Assembly: GCF_009914755.1 (NCBI RefSeq)
Contig: NC_060941.1
Direction: 5' to 3' (one strand)
Source: the human T2T-CHM13v2.0 reference genome, Homo sapiens
DNA length: 64,000 nt
The translations under genes and the position numbers were made by a program. The notes under the pieces were generated by a model. The model saw only the letters and a list, made by a program, of their open reading frames with translations. It did not search any database and was not told the DNA's origin. Position 1 is the first letter of the stretch, and every line of letters starts with the position of its first letter. Below are positions 1-14,061 of the stretch, piece after piece.

Positions 1-103
1 CCCAGCCTGTAGGAAAACAATCGTGAGCCAAATTCATTTCTAGTCTTTATAAATTACCCAGTCTGTGGTATTCTGTTATAGCAGCACAAAATGGACTAAG
101 ACA
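1..103 (+). mobile_element. MaLR LTR 3' end (MLT1A/MST-like), cut by window edge
   Basis: ttataaattacccagtctgtggtattctgttatagcagcacaaaatggactaagaca matches the MaLR LTR terminus. Confidence 0.8.
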
Positions 104-1974
104 GCAACTTCCTTTGTGTCTCCCGCAAGAGCCTATTAGATACTTGCTGAGTTGAATTAAACACTAAATGTGAAAGCATAGCATACTACAGCTATATTGA
201 GTGGTGGTTGGGATTAAAATCTAGATTGTTGGGTTGATATTTTAGTGGAGCAAGTGTTTATCTTTGAATAACGATTCCAAATTCCCACATTTGGATGTGA
301 ACATTTGGCTATCATTATTGATTCCTAGGTATTTTCCCATGCTATTTTTAGTGTCAAAAGATTAAAATGATACTTAAAAACAACAACAATAACAAAAAAA
401 CTAATTATAAATGTCATCTTTTAAATCTACAATAGGGAAAAAGAATCTAAAATACCTTGGAATAAATGTTTACGTCTTACTACAACTATAACGCAATCAC
501 CTTTTCTCCCATTCCCAATAGTTTCAAGCAAAAAATGTAATGGCCATGGGCTTTGGGCCTATCAGAACAAAGGCTTGAATTAAGCAAATAGATTGTTTCA
601 AACAGCAGCATGACAGTAAAAAGATTAATGAGACACATCTTGGAAATGAATAGATAATAACATACTCTTTTCTCAGATTTCCCCTTGCCCCTCAAAATCG
701 ATGAATCGCATTTACCCTCAATGCAACTAAATGGGAGAATTAAAAGTAGGGGAAAAAATATCAGTCACAGGTATTCTGCTTCTGGAAGGCCTCTAATTCT
801 ATTTCCTGTTTGACATATTATTTTATTCCCATTTTCTCTAAATGTAATATAGTAACTTGCCATAATAAACGGTTCTCTAATTTGCCACTTTTGTGATTGG
901 CATTTTCAGATTTTTCAAGGACGCTATTGGTCGTTCCTTCATATGTTGCAAAAATAAACGAAAAAACTGAACCACATGTCATTGTTGGGCGGAATTTTCT
1001 GAATTTGTCTTGAAGCCAAGAGAATTTATTTGACTGTCTGGGGAGTATCGAGGCAGATCTCTTGTTCTCAAACAGACACCAAAGTTGCTTGAACAAATGG
1101 TTCGCGTTAGCTGGAGAAAGACACTGAATGGAAACCATGTGCCTCTGAACCTTGTGGTTTCAAGTTGAACCACAAGCAGTGAGAAGAGCTGTCAGTCTCT
1201 AGTCTTGATTTCGGCCATACTCACGGGGAAGAGAAAAACTGTCAGTGCCACCTCTTATGTTGTCTTAATAAAGAGACCTGTGAGCTCGTGCAGTACAGAC
1301 TGTCTCTGGGTGAAGAGTAAGAGACAGAATCTCAAGAAGCTTCCAGTGGGATGTAATAAAGACACATGATTTTTCTCTATGGACATCCACACATGGTAAA
1401 GGTAGCAAATCAAGGCCTTTCTGAGGAGCAGAAACAACCCAGGGAGGCTAACGAACATAAAAATCTGGCATCCTCTTATAGCTATCATAAAAGTGAAGAA
1501 AAACATCCTAGAGGAATTAGCTTTGAGACCCAAGACGGTTAAGGTTGCTAGAACAGAAAAACAAGAAAGACAAATTTTTAAGTGTTACCATTTATCAAAC
1601 TCCAACAGCAATAAGGGAATGTTATAAAGGAATATTAAGTGCTATTTTGTATCACAATGGCAAAAGAATCGTTTAACTACATGTAAGTATGGCTTCCTCA
1701 ATGAATATAGGCATGCCTTCACCTAGCCATTTAGATGATGGAATCAGTTTCTGAAAAATGGAATAAGGTTTGATGTTGAGTTATCTAGCAACTAGAAGGA
1801 ATAGTGAAAACATTTTTTGCTTCCTCTTCTGTGCCTTCTATTAAAAACCTCTTTGCCTCAGACTGATTTACTTTAAGCAGCTAACACTTCTACCAGTTTG
1901 AAGAAAAGGATAAAGAATAAGAAATAAATTGTAACTATTTACTACAGTTAATATTAAACTTTCAAGTATTCTAC

Positions 1975-2474
<500 letters not shown>

Positions 2475-2759
2475 TCATATTAAAAATGAATAAATGCGTA
2501 CCCACAAAAATTTAAAAAAAATTTAAAATGTATAAAATGAATAAATATAAATGTAAACATAATATATAATTACATATAGCACACAAACATATAGCAATAG
2601 AGAAAGACGAGTATGTGTATACGCACACACACACACATTTCTACAATTTAATATAGTGATTTATACCTAGAATCAAGCAGCTTTTGGGGGACTTGGAGGT
2701 TTTATAATACAGAAGAGATAAACTGCAATTACTTTTGACCATTTTGCTCATCTTTTTCT

Positions 2760-3078
2760 TTTCCTTTTCTTTTTTTTGTTTAGATGGAGTTTTTTTGCTC
2801 TTGTTGCCCAGGCTGGGGTACAACAGCATGATCTCAGTTCACTGCGACCTCCACCTCCTGGATTCAAGAAATTCTCTTGCCTCACTTCCCAAGTGGCTGG
2901 GATCACAGGCATGCGCCACCACACCTGGCTAATTTTGTATTTTTAGTAGATGGGGTTGCTCCGTGTTGGTCAGGCTGGTCTCAAACTCCTGACCTCAGGT
3001 GATCCGCTGGCCTTGGCCTCCCAAAGTGCTAGGATTATAGGATTATAGGATTATAGGTGTGAGCCACCGCGCCGGGCC
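2760..3078 (-). mobile_element. AluS (Sq/Sp-like), full length
   Basis: Reverse Alu; 16-bp TSD ttgctcatctttttct at 2744-2759 and 3079-3094. Confidence 0.95.
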
Positions 3079-4249
3079 TTGCTCATCTTTTTCTAAGAGA
3101 TTCAATAGCCCAAGCTAACATAGATTTCATTCTGTTTCAGCAAAAAATATCTGTGACATGCTCATGAACTGTCCTTCCCAGCTGTTTACCATTCACCTCT
3201 ATTTTTCATTCATCTCTGTTTTCTGTTCACTTCTGTACCATTTCTTTCTGTTTTCCTGAGAAATGAGCCCACTGAGATAAAGACTGGCCCAACAAGAACA
3301 CTGAAAAGCATTCCTTAAGGTGAAAAATAGAAAAAAAATCCATTTCTGAAGTTCTTTTTAGACTTACAGTTTTGAGCATTGGTTCACAAATTTGCCTGCA
3401 AATAGAGTCAATAGAAATTTTTAAAAATAGACTCAAAACAGAGCCAATTATAATATGTTGATGAGACCCAGTTATCAGTACATGTATTTCCTGGGTGAAA
3501 AATATCTTAAAATTACAGCATTAAGTTATGTTATCATTTGAATAGAATTATTTTACACGAGCTAAATGACATTAACTCTATAGTTTTCAGGTAAATCATG
3601 AGAACTTGCCTAATCATCAATTGGATGTTGTGCCATCTGTGTACTTTGATCAATAAGATAACCTACATGTGTACGTTACCTTTAATTTGGTACATTTTAA
3701 GAAATAAAGACATTTCTGATAATTTTAATGATCAAAAAAGCAAAATGAGGTACACCATCATTCCAAAACAGATTCCAAGGCATCGAAGTATTTGTTCAAA
3801 TAAAGAAATGAACTAAAACATTACACATATCAGACTCCAAAAGGGTCAACAACAACCCATAAGCTCAATAGACCCATCAGCTCAGAACTAATTTTGAGCC
3901 CATGTGTCAGTCAGTATTTATTAACCACCTACTATGTGTCAAGCACATGTGGAATTTGGCAGTCTATATTCCAATGCTACAGAATGTTCTTGGAATGGCT
4001 AACTCATTTCAAGACCTATGTTGACTATAATGTCTGATCACTTGTAAATTCTCCAAATATCTACATCATAGTGGTAAGCGCTGTATAAGCAAGACATTCT
4101 CAAACACCATCACATATTATCCCTATTTAATTGACCAAATTGCAAACATTCAGCGTGTTTACATTTGATGTACGTTACATGATATAATGCTGAATGTGTC
4201 AATTGTGCTCATGATTAATGTAAGTTGAACGTTACTATTATAATATCTA

Positions 4250-4420
4250 ATTTTCTGAAATGCTAAGGTAAAAATTTTCCTATTTTAACATTTCTGAAAT
4301 TAAGATGTATCTTATCATTGAGTATAGACTGGGTATGGCTTATATTTACTCTTCCTTCCATCAGCCTCTCCCAACCTAAAAACTAACATTACATTAAATT
4401 GATATCTTAGAGTTGAAGAC
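4250..4420. mobile_element. MER104-like TcMar DNA transposon remnant
   Basis: attttaacatttctgaaattaagatgtatcttatcattga resembles the MER104/Kanga end; degenerate. Confidence 0.45.
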
Positions 4421-7400
4421 TGTTTAGAAGAAAGAAATACAGGAGCTTCCCTAAGTAGTTCAATAACCCTATGTATACATCATTCTTCTAAAGTAGGGGA
4501 AGGAGAAGATAAAAACAAAGATCATCAATGTTCAGTCTGGCTGATAGACAAAGCCTAAGTATTATTGCAGAATATCATAGTCCATATTATCAATTTCCAG
4601 CAGATGGCATCTCACACTGTTAAGTTAGTCATTGAGGAGCCTATGGGATGTCCTTGCTTGGATAACACATGGAACTCCAAATTGTGCTTGTGTTTCATGA
4701 GAGTACATTTGCCAGCACAGTCACCTAGAATGAGAATTTCTGTAACTAGCCTCAGCATGTGGTCACTAAGATTGCCCACAAGCATTTAGTATTTTCAGCA
4801 GAACCAAAGCATAGTGCACATTTTAATGGCAGTGACTCCTGTTTTAGAACAGTCTGCACAACATAATTGTAGGGCAAGGTGGGAATTATGAGTCTTAAAC
4901 AAGTCTTGTAGGTGGGGATAACATGTGTATTAAAATAACCAAAACCATTGGCTCTGCTTTTCTGCAGATAAGCCTCACACAGCTATGATTCACAGCACTG
5001 TACAGCTGCATCTTTCTGGAGAAAATCTTGCAGTATTTAACTGTGCCTTCTGAGATATATTCAATTTTTCCACTTTTATTAAAATTTCCATTATGATAAT
5101 ATTTGTTTTCAGTACTTCAATGAATAATTTTAAAACGCATATTAACATATGAATCTTTGCATCCTAGGCAAACTTGAGAACCAATGTTCAAAACAGTAGG
5201 GTTAACAGGAACTTCAGAAATTGATTTCTTTCCTATTTTTCCCCTTAGATTCTTTTCAGTGCTCTTGATGGGACAGTATCTACCTGAGTGAGCTGATTTC
5301 TTCAGGAAACAGAATTAAATGGCACAGAGTTAAATGGTACAGAGGTGAACAGAAGACAGAGGTGAATGGAAAACCGAAGTGAAGGGTAATTTGTGAGCAT
5401 CTCACAGATATTTCTGCTAAAGCAGAATGAGATCTATACTACCTCAGGCAATGAATGTCCTGGAAAAATCCTGGGTAAAATGTTCAAAAGTAATTTCAGT
5501 TTATCTCATGTTGTCTAACAGTCACTTGAAGACGAAAGAGAAATTTCATGCGGCAATAGCTAAGCATGGCTTTTTTTTTTACACCGTATTTTATTAGACT
5601 GTGGAATCTTCACCTTGTTCTTAGTCAAATTGTTCAAGATAACTCTTTCTCAGCACTCTATTTTTTCTTAAATGTCAACTAATTATGCTAACAAGCATAT
5701 CAACAAGAATATATAAACCCTCATTTTGTTCAATTAACACTAAATCAGCAACTGATTTCAGTGAAATAGTGGTTTCAAGATGAAAGGACGCATTTGAGCT
5801 ACACGATGTCTTTAGCTTGATCGAAATTCATAAAAGCTCCTAACATCAAAGGGGAGAAATAAGATCACATTTTAAGATAATACAATTCTAAGTTATATTT
5901 TTTAAGTTGAAATGACATCATAAAAATTGTGCCTAACAAAATGCTAACTGAATGTCCCGAAGAACAGAAACAAAAGCAGTTCGCATTGGAAGCTATTTTA
6001 GATAAGAAGTTTTGATGCTATAATGAAGAAAAAAATCAAGTAAATTGCTTCTTTTGGAAGAGATAACAAAATTTGTCACCTGAATAAGTGTGGGAATTGA
6101 AATAAAACCTATAAATGAGTCCATTTTGACAGAATGCTGGTATCAAAACTCTACAATGAATTACCAATTCTATTCAAATGATAACATAATGCTGTAATTT
6201 TAAGATATTTTTTACCGAGGAAATACATGTACTGATAACTGGGTCTAATCCACCAATTAGATAATAGATAAAAAAATGCTGACTTGTGGTTCGCATGAGC
6301 TGAAAAAAAAGGACATTTTTATTGAAATGTCTAGAGTGTCGTTGTAAATGTAGGTCTGAAGTTCAAGAGAAGTTGGAAATAAGCTTTATCCAAGAGTCTT
6401 CCATGCAGAAATAAGAGTTTAAAACTCTGGAATGGGAAAATTTCTGAGATAGAGAGTATAGAGAAAGAAATGGAGAGTAATGGGAACCACTGGGTAATGA
6501 AACTTGGGTTAGATAATCGTTTTATCTGCCTTTGGCTCTTCTATAATGCATATGACTACCATTTCTGTAGAGTGAGGCCAACTATACTACGGGTGAATTT
6601 AATAATAAATTATAAGAAAAATGTTCCACCATTGTATTCACATTACATGAGTGTGAGCATCCCTTGCACATCCCTAGTAGTCCCTAAAAACTGAAGGAGA
6701 AACTAATTATAATGTATTTATTTGTATTGACTATGAAACGTTTTGTTCCCCAAATGCTTGATTTTCTCTCTTCCTTATCAATCAGTGATCAAATTCTTCT
6801 AAAGATAAAATAAAGATTGCTTTATGTTTTATATTAAACAGAAACTAGTGTAACTCTGCCTAATTAAATGGCTCCTATCTAATCCTTCCTAGTCAGTTCT
6901 GGCAAAATTAAAAATTTAGAATATTGAACAAATGAATAGTCTTCCTACGTAGTATTTTTCTATTTCAGCTACAGCCAATGAAAATGTACAAACTGGATTA
7001 ACTAAAGGAGAGATGATTATCTGTCTTTTAAAGCAGTAATGTTTAGGATTACCTAGGGATGTAAGTAATAAGTAGCCCCTGTCAATCAGGAGGAAAAAAA
7101 CTTCAGTCTTTTTTATTCCCAAATGGAGCCCCAAAATGACTGGCCATAAGCAAAATGGCACTGTGTGCTTCTTTGTTCCCCACCCTCAACTCCCTCCTTC
7201 CATTCTGACCCTTCTCCTCTACTCCACACCATCAAAAACCTGCTCCCATATCTCATATTCACACTACAAAATACATGAAAGTTTTTATGCAAAGTTCACC
7301 AGGGTGGGCAGAGAGGATGGGGAGAGGCATAGTTGAATCTTATCTTGGATAAAATCAAATTAAAAACACTGAACACTAGTGGGGAGATTTGTAGCAACTA

Positions 7401-8634
7401 CCCATATTAAGAATGTTTGGGCATGGAGAGAGGTTCAAGAAAATCTTGTAGAGTTTCATTGAGTTAGACTGGGCAAAATAGGGATGAAGGCATTGTTTGG
7501 CAGACAGCAAACAGAGGAGGAAGCAGAAGATTTCAAACCTAATTTTGCAAATGATTTGGGGAAGAGATATGTCAGTCTGCACTCACTATAGTATTTCCCC
7601 CACGGTTTATTTTATAATCCACTGAGAGCAGATTGTTTTTAAAATATCTGTTATATACTAGTTACCTTTTAAATGTTTACCCTTTGAAGGACTGTGATGC
7701 TGTTCCTAATTTACATTTATGATTATTCTGTCATCATTTATGTAAAATTGACTAAGAGGGTGTTTTCAGGAATCTACTGGAAACCATGAGCAATGTAAAT
7801 TGCCAAGGTGCCAGAAATGTAGGAGGGCTAATTCTATGACCTTACCATTAGTACTTTATATCTGCTCTATTTGGACAAACTTATGGAAGGAAATATACTT
7901 TACTTTTCCATAGAAGAAATTAAACACTCGTGCATTAATATGTCACATACAGGAGTTCAATGCCTGCACTGTAGTTCCACCACATATTAACGGGTGATTC
8001 CACTCTCTGAGCAAAGCCGACTGCAGACAGAGTTTTCTTCCTCTCTTGTCAAACATCCCCTACCTGAGGCACCAGGATCTTGTTCAGCACTTGAGTCCAG
8101 AAACAGCAAATTCAATCTAGCTGTGGCAGGCCGAGGGTAAATTGGAATGCCAACTCTAGACCGGGATTCAAAACCACGAGCCTCTGGAAATAAAGCTTGG
8201 ACTTGGAGAAATGACACCAACCTCAAGCCAAGAAATCTCACCCAGTTTGTTTAACAGTTTTCAGTGCACAGTGAATATAGATAACCACTAACATTACTCC
8301 TGTTTTAGTTTAAAGCATATCCGACTAAGAACTTAATGTAAGGTGCCATAAGAATGAAAACATCACACTCTTCTCTGGGTTCTCAGTCTTTGAGATATTT
8401 TGGCGGTCACCTGATTGCAAAATGTAGCAGCAACTTTCTTTTCTGGTGTGCTAAGATAGTTTTATCTCATTTTTCTACCTGTCAAGTGCTAGTTTCATGC
8501 ATTAGCTGGAGCTACAATAGGAAAATAAAATGGACACTGCAGATATTCTATAAATATATCTAAGTCTATGTCTTTCTATCTACTTATCTCTATCTTTTGG
8601 TCTACCTATTGTCGGTCTGTTTGTCTATCTGTTC

Positions 8635-8661
8635 ATGTATGTATGTATGTATGTATGTATG

Positions 8662-8705
<44 letters not shown>
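8635..8705. repeat. Compound tetranucleotide STR (ATGT)7(ATCT)10
   Basis: Read directly; flanked by degenerate TCTA-like sequence. Confidence 0.97.
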
Positions 8706-9819
8706 AATTAATCATCTATCTCTTCAGATCCTCACTACACCATCATCATCTCTGGCTCTTCAGAAATCCCCCCAAAGTATCAGAGACTGGCAGAACAGGA
8801 GTCAAACCACACCTCAGACCTGACAACCCTGGATTCATTTCCTCATTTTTCTATACCTCTTCCATCCTGCTTCAGGAAAGCCATCCCAAGCTCTCACTTT
8901 ATTCATTGTAAAATATGTAGTGTGGAAATTCAGAAAGATAATGAGATATAATGAAGTTCACTGGTGTCTTAGAAAACATTTTTAAAATCTTATCAAAACT
9001 TGAAATTCTATGTGAAATCAGTGTTTATTTGTCCAAAAAAGATTTTAGCCACACTAGTCATGAAATGGCTTGTCTATTTGTGTGAGTGTCATATAAATAG
9101 GCTTCATTCATTTTTTTTTTTTTGAATAGACATAACTTGGAATTCTGGATTGTTGGGAAGAAAACACTATTTGACTCAGGTGGGGTACAGTTGAATGATG
9201 ACAGCCATAGAGATGATATTGATGATGATGATGATATCTATTTGTTAGGTGTTCAGTCTGTGCCAAGAATGATGTTGAGCTTTACAGTGTATTATTTTAA
9301 TTAATTGAACATTCTAAAAGTTGATCCTATACACTTTTTAAATTTCCTCTATTAACTGCCAACACTCAGCTTCTGAAGCCAGTAAGGGATGCCATATCAA
9401 CTCATCATCTGTTTTATTCTCATACCTTAATGAATGATTTACCTTCATTCAGTTGGTGGACACAAGTTACAACCAGTGGCAGCACTCATTAATTTGCGGA
9501 GCCACTGGACCAAAGGAAGAACTAACCAAATTAAAATGGTAAACATTTCACACTTAACAAGCAGGATAATGAATTACTTACTTATGTCCTCATTAGCTAC
9601 TGTATGGAAACTTGCCAGGCCGTGATAAGCTTCATAAATAATCTTTTATTTTTTATTTTGGCATTTAGTATTCTTGGTTTTTTTTTTTGAAGGCAATAAT
9701 GTTGCCTGAAGATAAGACAGGGAACGTACCATTATTTAATAAATTCTAGCTGAATCTTGTGGATTGTTGTCATGTTCACAATCTATACTTGTTGTTTATT
9801 TTCATTCCATTCTTCAAAA

Positions 9820-10511
9820 AATATTATTTATTGACAGAAAAAAATATGTATTTGTTGTGTACAACATGATGTTTTGAAGTATACATACAGTGTGAAATGG
9901 GTAAACCTAGTTAGTTAACATATATATTACTTCACATAGTCACCATTTTTGTAGTCAGAACACGTAACATTCATTCTCTTAGCATTTTTCAAGAATATTG
10001 ATTGCCATTAGCTGTAGTTATCATGCTGTATAATAGATCTCTTGAACTTATTTTTTTCTGCCTAATTTTGTAATTTCCTATTTTTTCACAAACATTTCCT
10101 CAACCACTGCTCTCAACCACCCCAGTCTCTGGTCACTTCCAGTCTACTCTTTCCTTCTATAACATCAACTGTTTTAGATTCCACACATGAGTGAGATCAC
10201 ATGGTATTGGCTTTTCTGTGCCTGGCTTACTTCACTTAACATAATGTTCTCCAGGTTCAACCATGTTGTCACAAATGACAGAATTTCCTTCATTTTTATG
10301 GCTGAATAGTACTCCATTTTGTATATATACCACATTTCTTAAACCCATTCATCTGTTGATGGACACACATTGATTCCATATCTTGGCTACTGTGAATAGT
10401 GCTGCAACAAACATGAGGGTTCAGATATCTCTTCTACATACTGACTTCATTTCTTTTGAATATACACTGAGTAGTGGGATTCCTGAATCATGTGTAGTTC
10501 TATTTTTAATT
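9820..10511 (-). mobile_element. L1MA (L1MA6/7-like) 3' end
   Basis: gtgtacaacatgatgttttgaagtatac...gattccacacatgagtgagatc...gtagttctatttttaatt: reverse L1MA 3' UTR and ORF2 end. Confidence 0.88.
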
Positions 10512-10514
10512 CTA

Positions 10515-10715
10515 ATTATTTATATTTATTGAGCACCTGTGTAGATGACACTATACTAAGTAATTCAAGTATGATATCTCTTTGGAAAGCACAGAACCCC
10601 TGTGTTATAGGCATTGCTGTCATCCTCTCCATTTTGCAAATGGCAACAAGAGATACTTAGTCATTTAGTAAGATACAGCTAGCGAAGAGCTGGGATGGGA
10701 ACTCGGGCTGTATTT
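10515..10715 (-). mobile_element. MIR
   Basis: tttattgagcacc...ccattttgcaaatg...gagctgggatgggaactcggg. Confidence 0.65.
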
Positions 10716-10974
10716 GCCTTCCTAAGGGCAGGGTTTCCACAGCTCATAAGAAATGAAGGAAGTTTGAAAACTCCTGGTGTTGAGGAGGATATAGTAACAC
10801 TTCTGGGCTCCTCTTTTTCCAAACAGGTTTGTCTCTTGTTCAGTATAGTTCTGTCATACTTTTCCAACTACTCAAACAATCTTCACAGAGGGAGGCCCAA
10901 CGCAGCCATTCCTCCAAAATACATTTATACATTTCCTTTAACAAGTTTGCCTACGATGGTAGATCATTTGTATG

Positions 10975-11284
<310 letters not shown>

Positions 11285-11934
11285 CTGTGTTTTTAACTTT
11301 CTTGAGTGTTCCAGTAAGTTAATTAGAAAGTCCAGCATGCTCCATAAGCACTGTGTTGGATTGTTATCTCTCTTTAGCATTAATTAAGCACATATATTCA
11401 GCATACAGAAAGGGGCTTTCATATCTATGAGTCAATGCAATTAAATCTACCAGTCATACATGAAAGACATTGTCTTTGAACCACTCTTTCACGGGCTTGC
11501 AATGAAACATTGATGCATTCTGAAATTGCATACCACAGGTATTTAAACTGTGAAACCTATTTGACAGTATGCTTATTTCACATGCAACAGTGATACTTTG
11601 CATTCATCATCATTAGGCTACATAATTGGAATTACTTTTTGATTTGGCATAGTGGGGCATGGTTTGCAGCATTTAGTTAAACTTACCACTACTTCTAATG
11701 ATTAATAACAGGTATAAGCAAGATGGATTTTCAGAGTAATGCTCATCTACTGTGTTAGTAGAATAGATTAAATTTAACTGCTTTGTGGGGACATTGACCC
11801 CAAAACTTGCTTCAATTAGTGTATGCCTCTAGCTATCTAAACTAGCTGGGCACCCAGGTATTACTAATCTATTGCTTTGGCTTTTGTTTGTTTTAATATT
11901 ATTTTTTAATGGGTAAATGTAGAGATATATACAT

Positions 11935-12032
11935 ATTTTTTATTTTACTTTAAGTTCTGGGATACATATGCAGAACATGCAGGTTTGTTACATATTTATA
12001 CATGTGCCATGGTGTTTTGCTGCACCTATCAA
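11935..12032 (-). mobile_element. L1PA extreme 3' fragment (about 100 bp)
   Basis: actttaagttctgggatacatatgcagaacatgcaggtttgttacat...gctgcacctatcaa. Confidence 0.85.
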
Positions 12033-12098
12033 TATTTTTAACAAGCCATTGACTTGCTCTTTTTTATGACCATCACATGCTTTAAAAATGGGACAGTT

Positions 12099-12385
12099 GG
12101 CCAGGCGCAGTGGCTCACGCCTGTAATCCCAGCACTTTGGGAGGCCGAGATGGGCAGATCACCTGAGGTCAGGAGTTCAAGACCAGCCTGGCCAACATGG
12201 TGGATTATCTACTAAAAATACAAAAATTAGCCAGGCACGATAGCGGGCACCTGTAGTCCCAGCTACTCAGGAGGCTGAGGCAGGAGAATCGCTTGAACCC
12301 AGGAGGTGGAGGTTGCAGTGAGCTGAGATCGCACTACTGGACTCCAGCATGGACAAGAGCGAGACTCATCCAGGAAAAAAAAAAA
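12099..12385 (+). mobile_element. AluSx-like
   Basis: Full Alu with a small internal deletion near 12200; degenerate TSD aaaa..gacagt. Confidence 0.95.
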
Positions 12386-13426
12386 GGAGACAGTCAATAG
12401 CATCATCTGTATAAAATCTTAAGCATAAAGCAGTTTTCTAAAGGAGAAATATTAATCAAACATCTAAAGCAGGGCATTTTATTCAACCACCACAAGAATT
12501 AAAAACAGCAAATAATGACGGAGCACCTACAAGAAACATCCAAGGTAGTTCTTTAAGAATTCAGTTTATCTTTTTCTTTCTGTCTATGGAACTGTGAAGT
12601 ACAAGGGCAGAGATTCGCTAGAGGTAATTTTCTGTGGCACTGGTCACTTGCAAGTTTGACATGCCTTCAAAATGGGAAAATACCAAAATGGTTGTTTGGT
12701 TTTCCTGAAGGCTACAAAAAAAAGGGTGTTTCTACAACTGGATAAATGATCATTTCTATTTTTCATGGAAAAGTAAATCCAATAAAACAGAGTAAGTATC
12801 TCATTCACCAAACCCATTCCTGGTGCATCTATGTGAGTAAAACTCTAAGTCACTACAGTTAGTGGGCTTTGGACAGACGGGAAGGGGAGAAGGGAAATAA
12901 ATGAAATTGGAGATTAGGAAGTAACAAAAGAAGAGAAATAAAAACCAGGCCTCTGTAACTTTTGATCACTGTTAAACAAGGCAGGATCCACAATTATAAA
13001 GGGAAGCAAATCTCAGAGAAATGTGAGGGTGACACGTCTGTACTAAAAACTGAGTAATTTCCCATGGAACAAAAAAGGGAAAGTTTATTTTACTATGAAA
13101 TAATGTACTCACTTGGCTGACTTGCCAGCAAAGCAACAGAAAAACTAGACAATCCATGTCTGCTCTAGGAATAAGATATTGGGGACGTTTTCTAAGCAGA
13201 AGAAGCAGGTCTGAACCTAAACCCCTTCTGAAACTATCTTCAAATATTGTGAAGAGCAATCTACCTAGGGACCTCAGAGCCAACAGTTACTTTTCCCTCA
13301 AAAGTGCTCAACCTTAAAACAACTTCTTAAATTCAAGCATGTTTGTGGACAGAACTTGCTTTATGAATAATTGTAGAAGACAACATCGATTTCACCTGGT
13401 ATGATCTGAATTTAAGAGTCCTTTCT

Positions 13427-13758
<332 letters not shown>

Positions 13759-13771
13759 CTAATCTGAGTTC

Positions 13772-14061
13772 TTTTTTTAAATTTTTTTTTATTATACTTT
13801 AAGTTCTGGGGTACATGTGCACAACGTGCAGGTTTGTTACATAGGTATACATGTGCCATGTTGATTTGCTGCACCCATCAACTCGTCATTTATATTAGGT
13901 ATTTCTCCTAATGCTATCCCTCCCCCAGTCCCCCACCTCCCAACAGGCGCTGGTGTGTGATGTTCCCCTCCCTGTGCCCATGTGTTCTCACTGTTCAACT
14001 CCCACCTATGAGTGAGAACATGCGGTGTTTGGTTTTCTGCCCTTGTGATAGTTTGCTGAGA
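13772..14061 (-). mobile_element. L1PA (PA5-7-like) 3' end, 5'-truncated
   Basis: attatactttaagttctggggtacatgtgcacaacgtgcagg...ccttgtgatagtttgctgaga. Confidence 0.93.

Noticed and set aside
1243-1258. CTCF-like AGGTGGCAC core on the minus strand (and GGCGCTG near 29410)
   Set aside because: The 5' CCASY half of the motif does not match; unsupported without ChIP data
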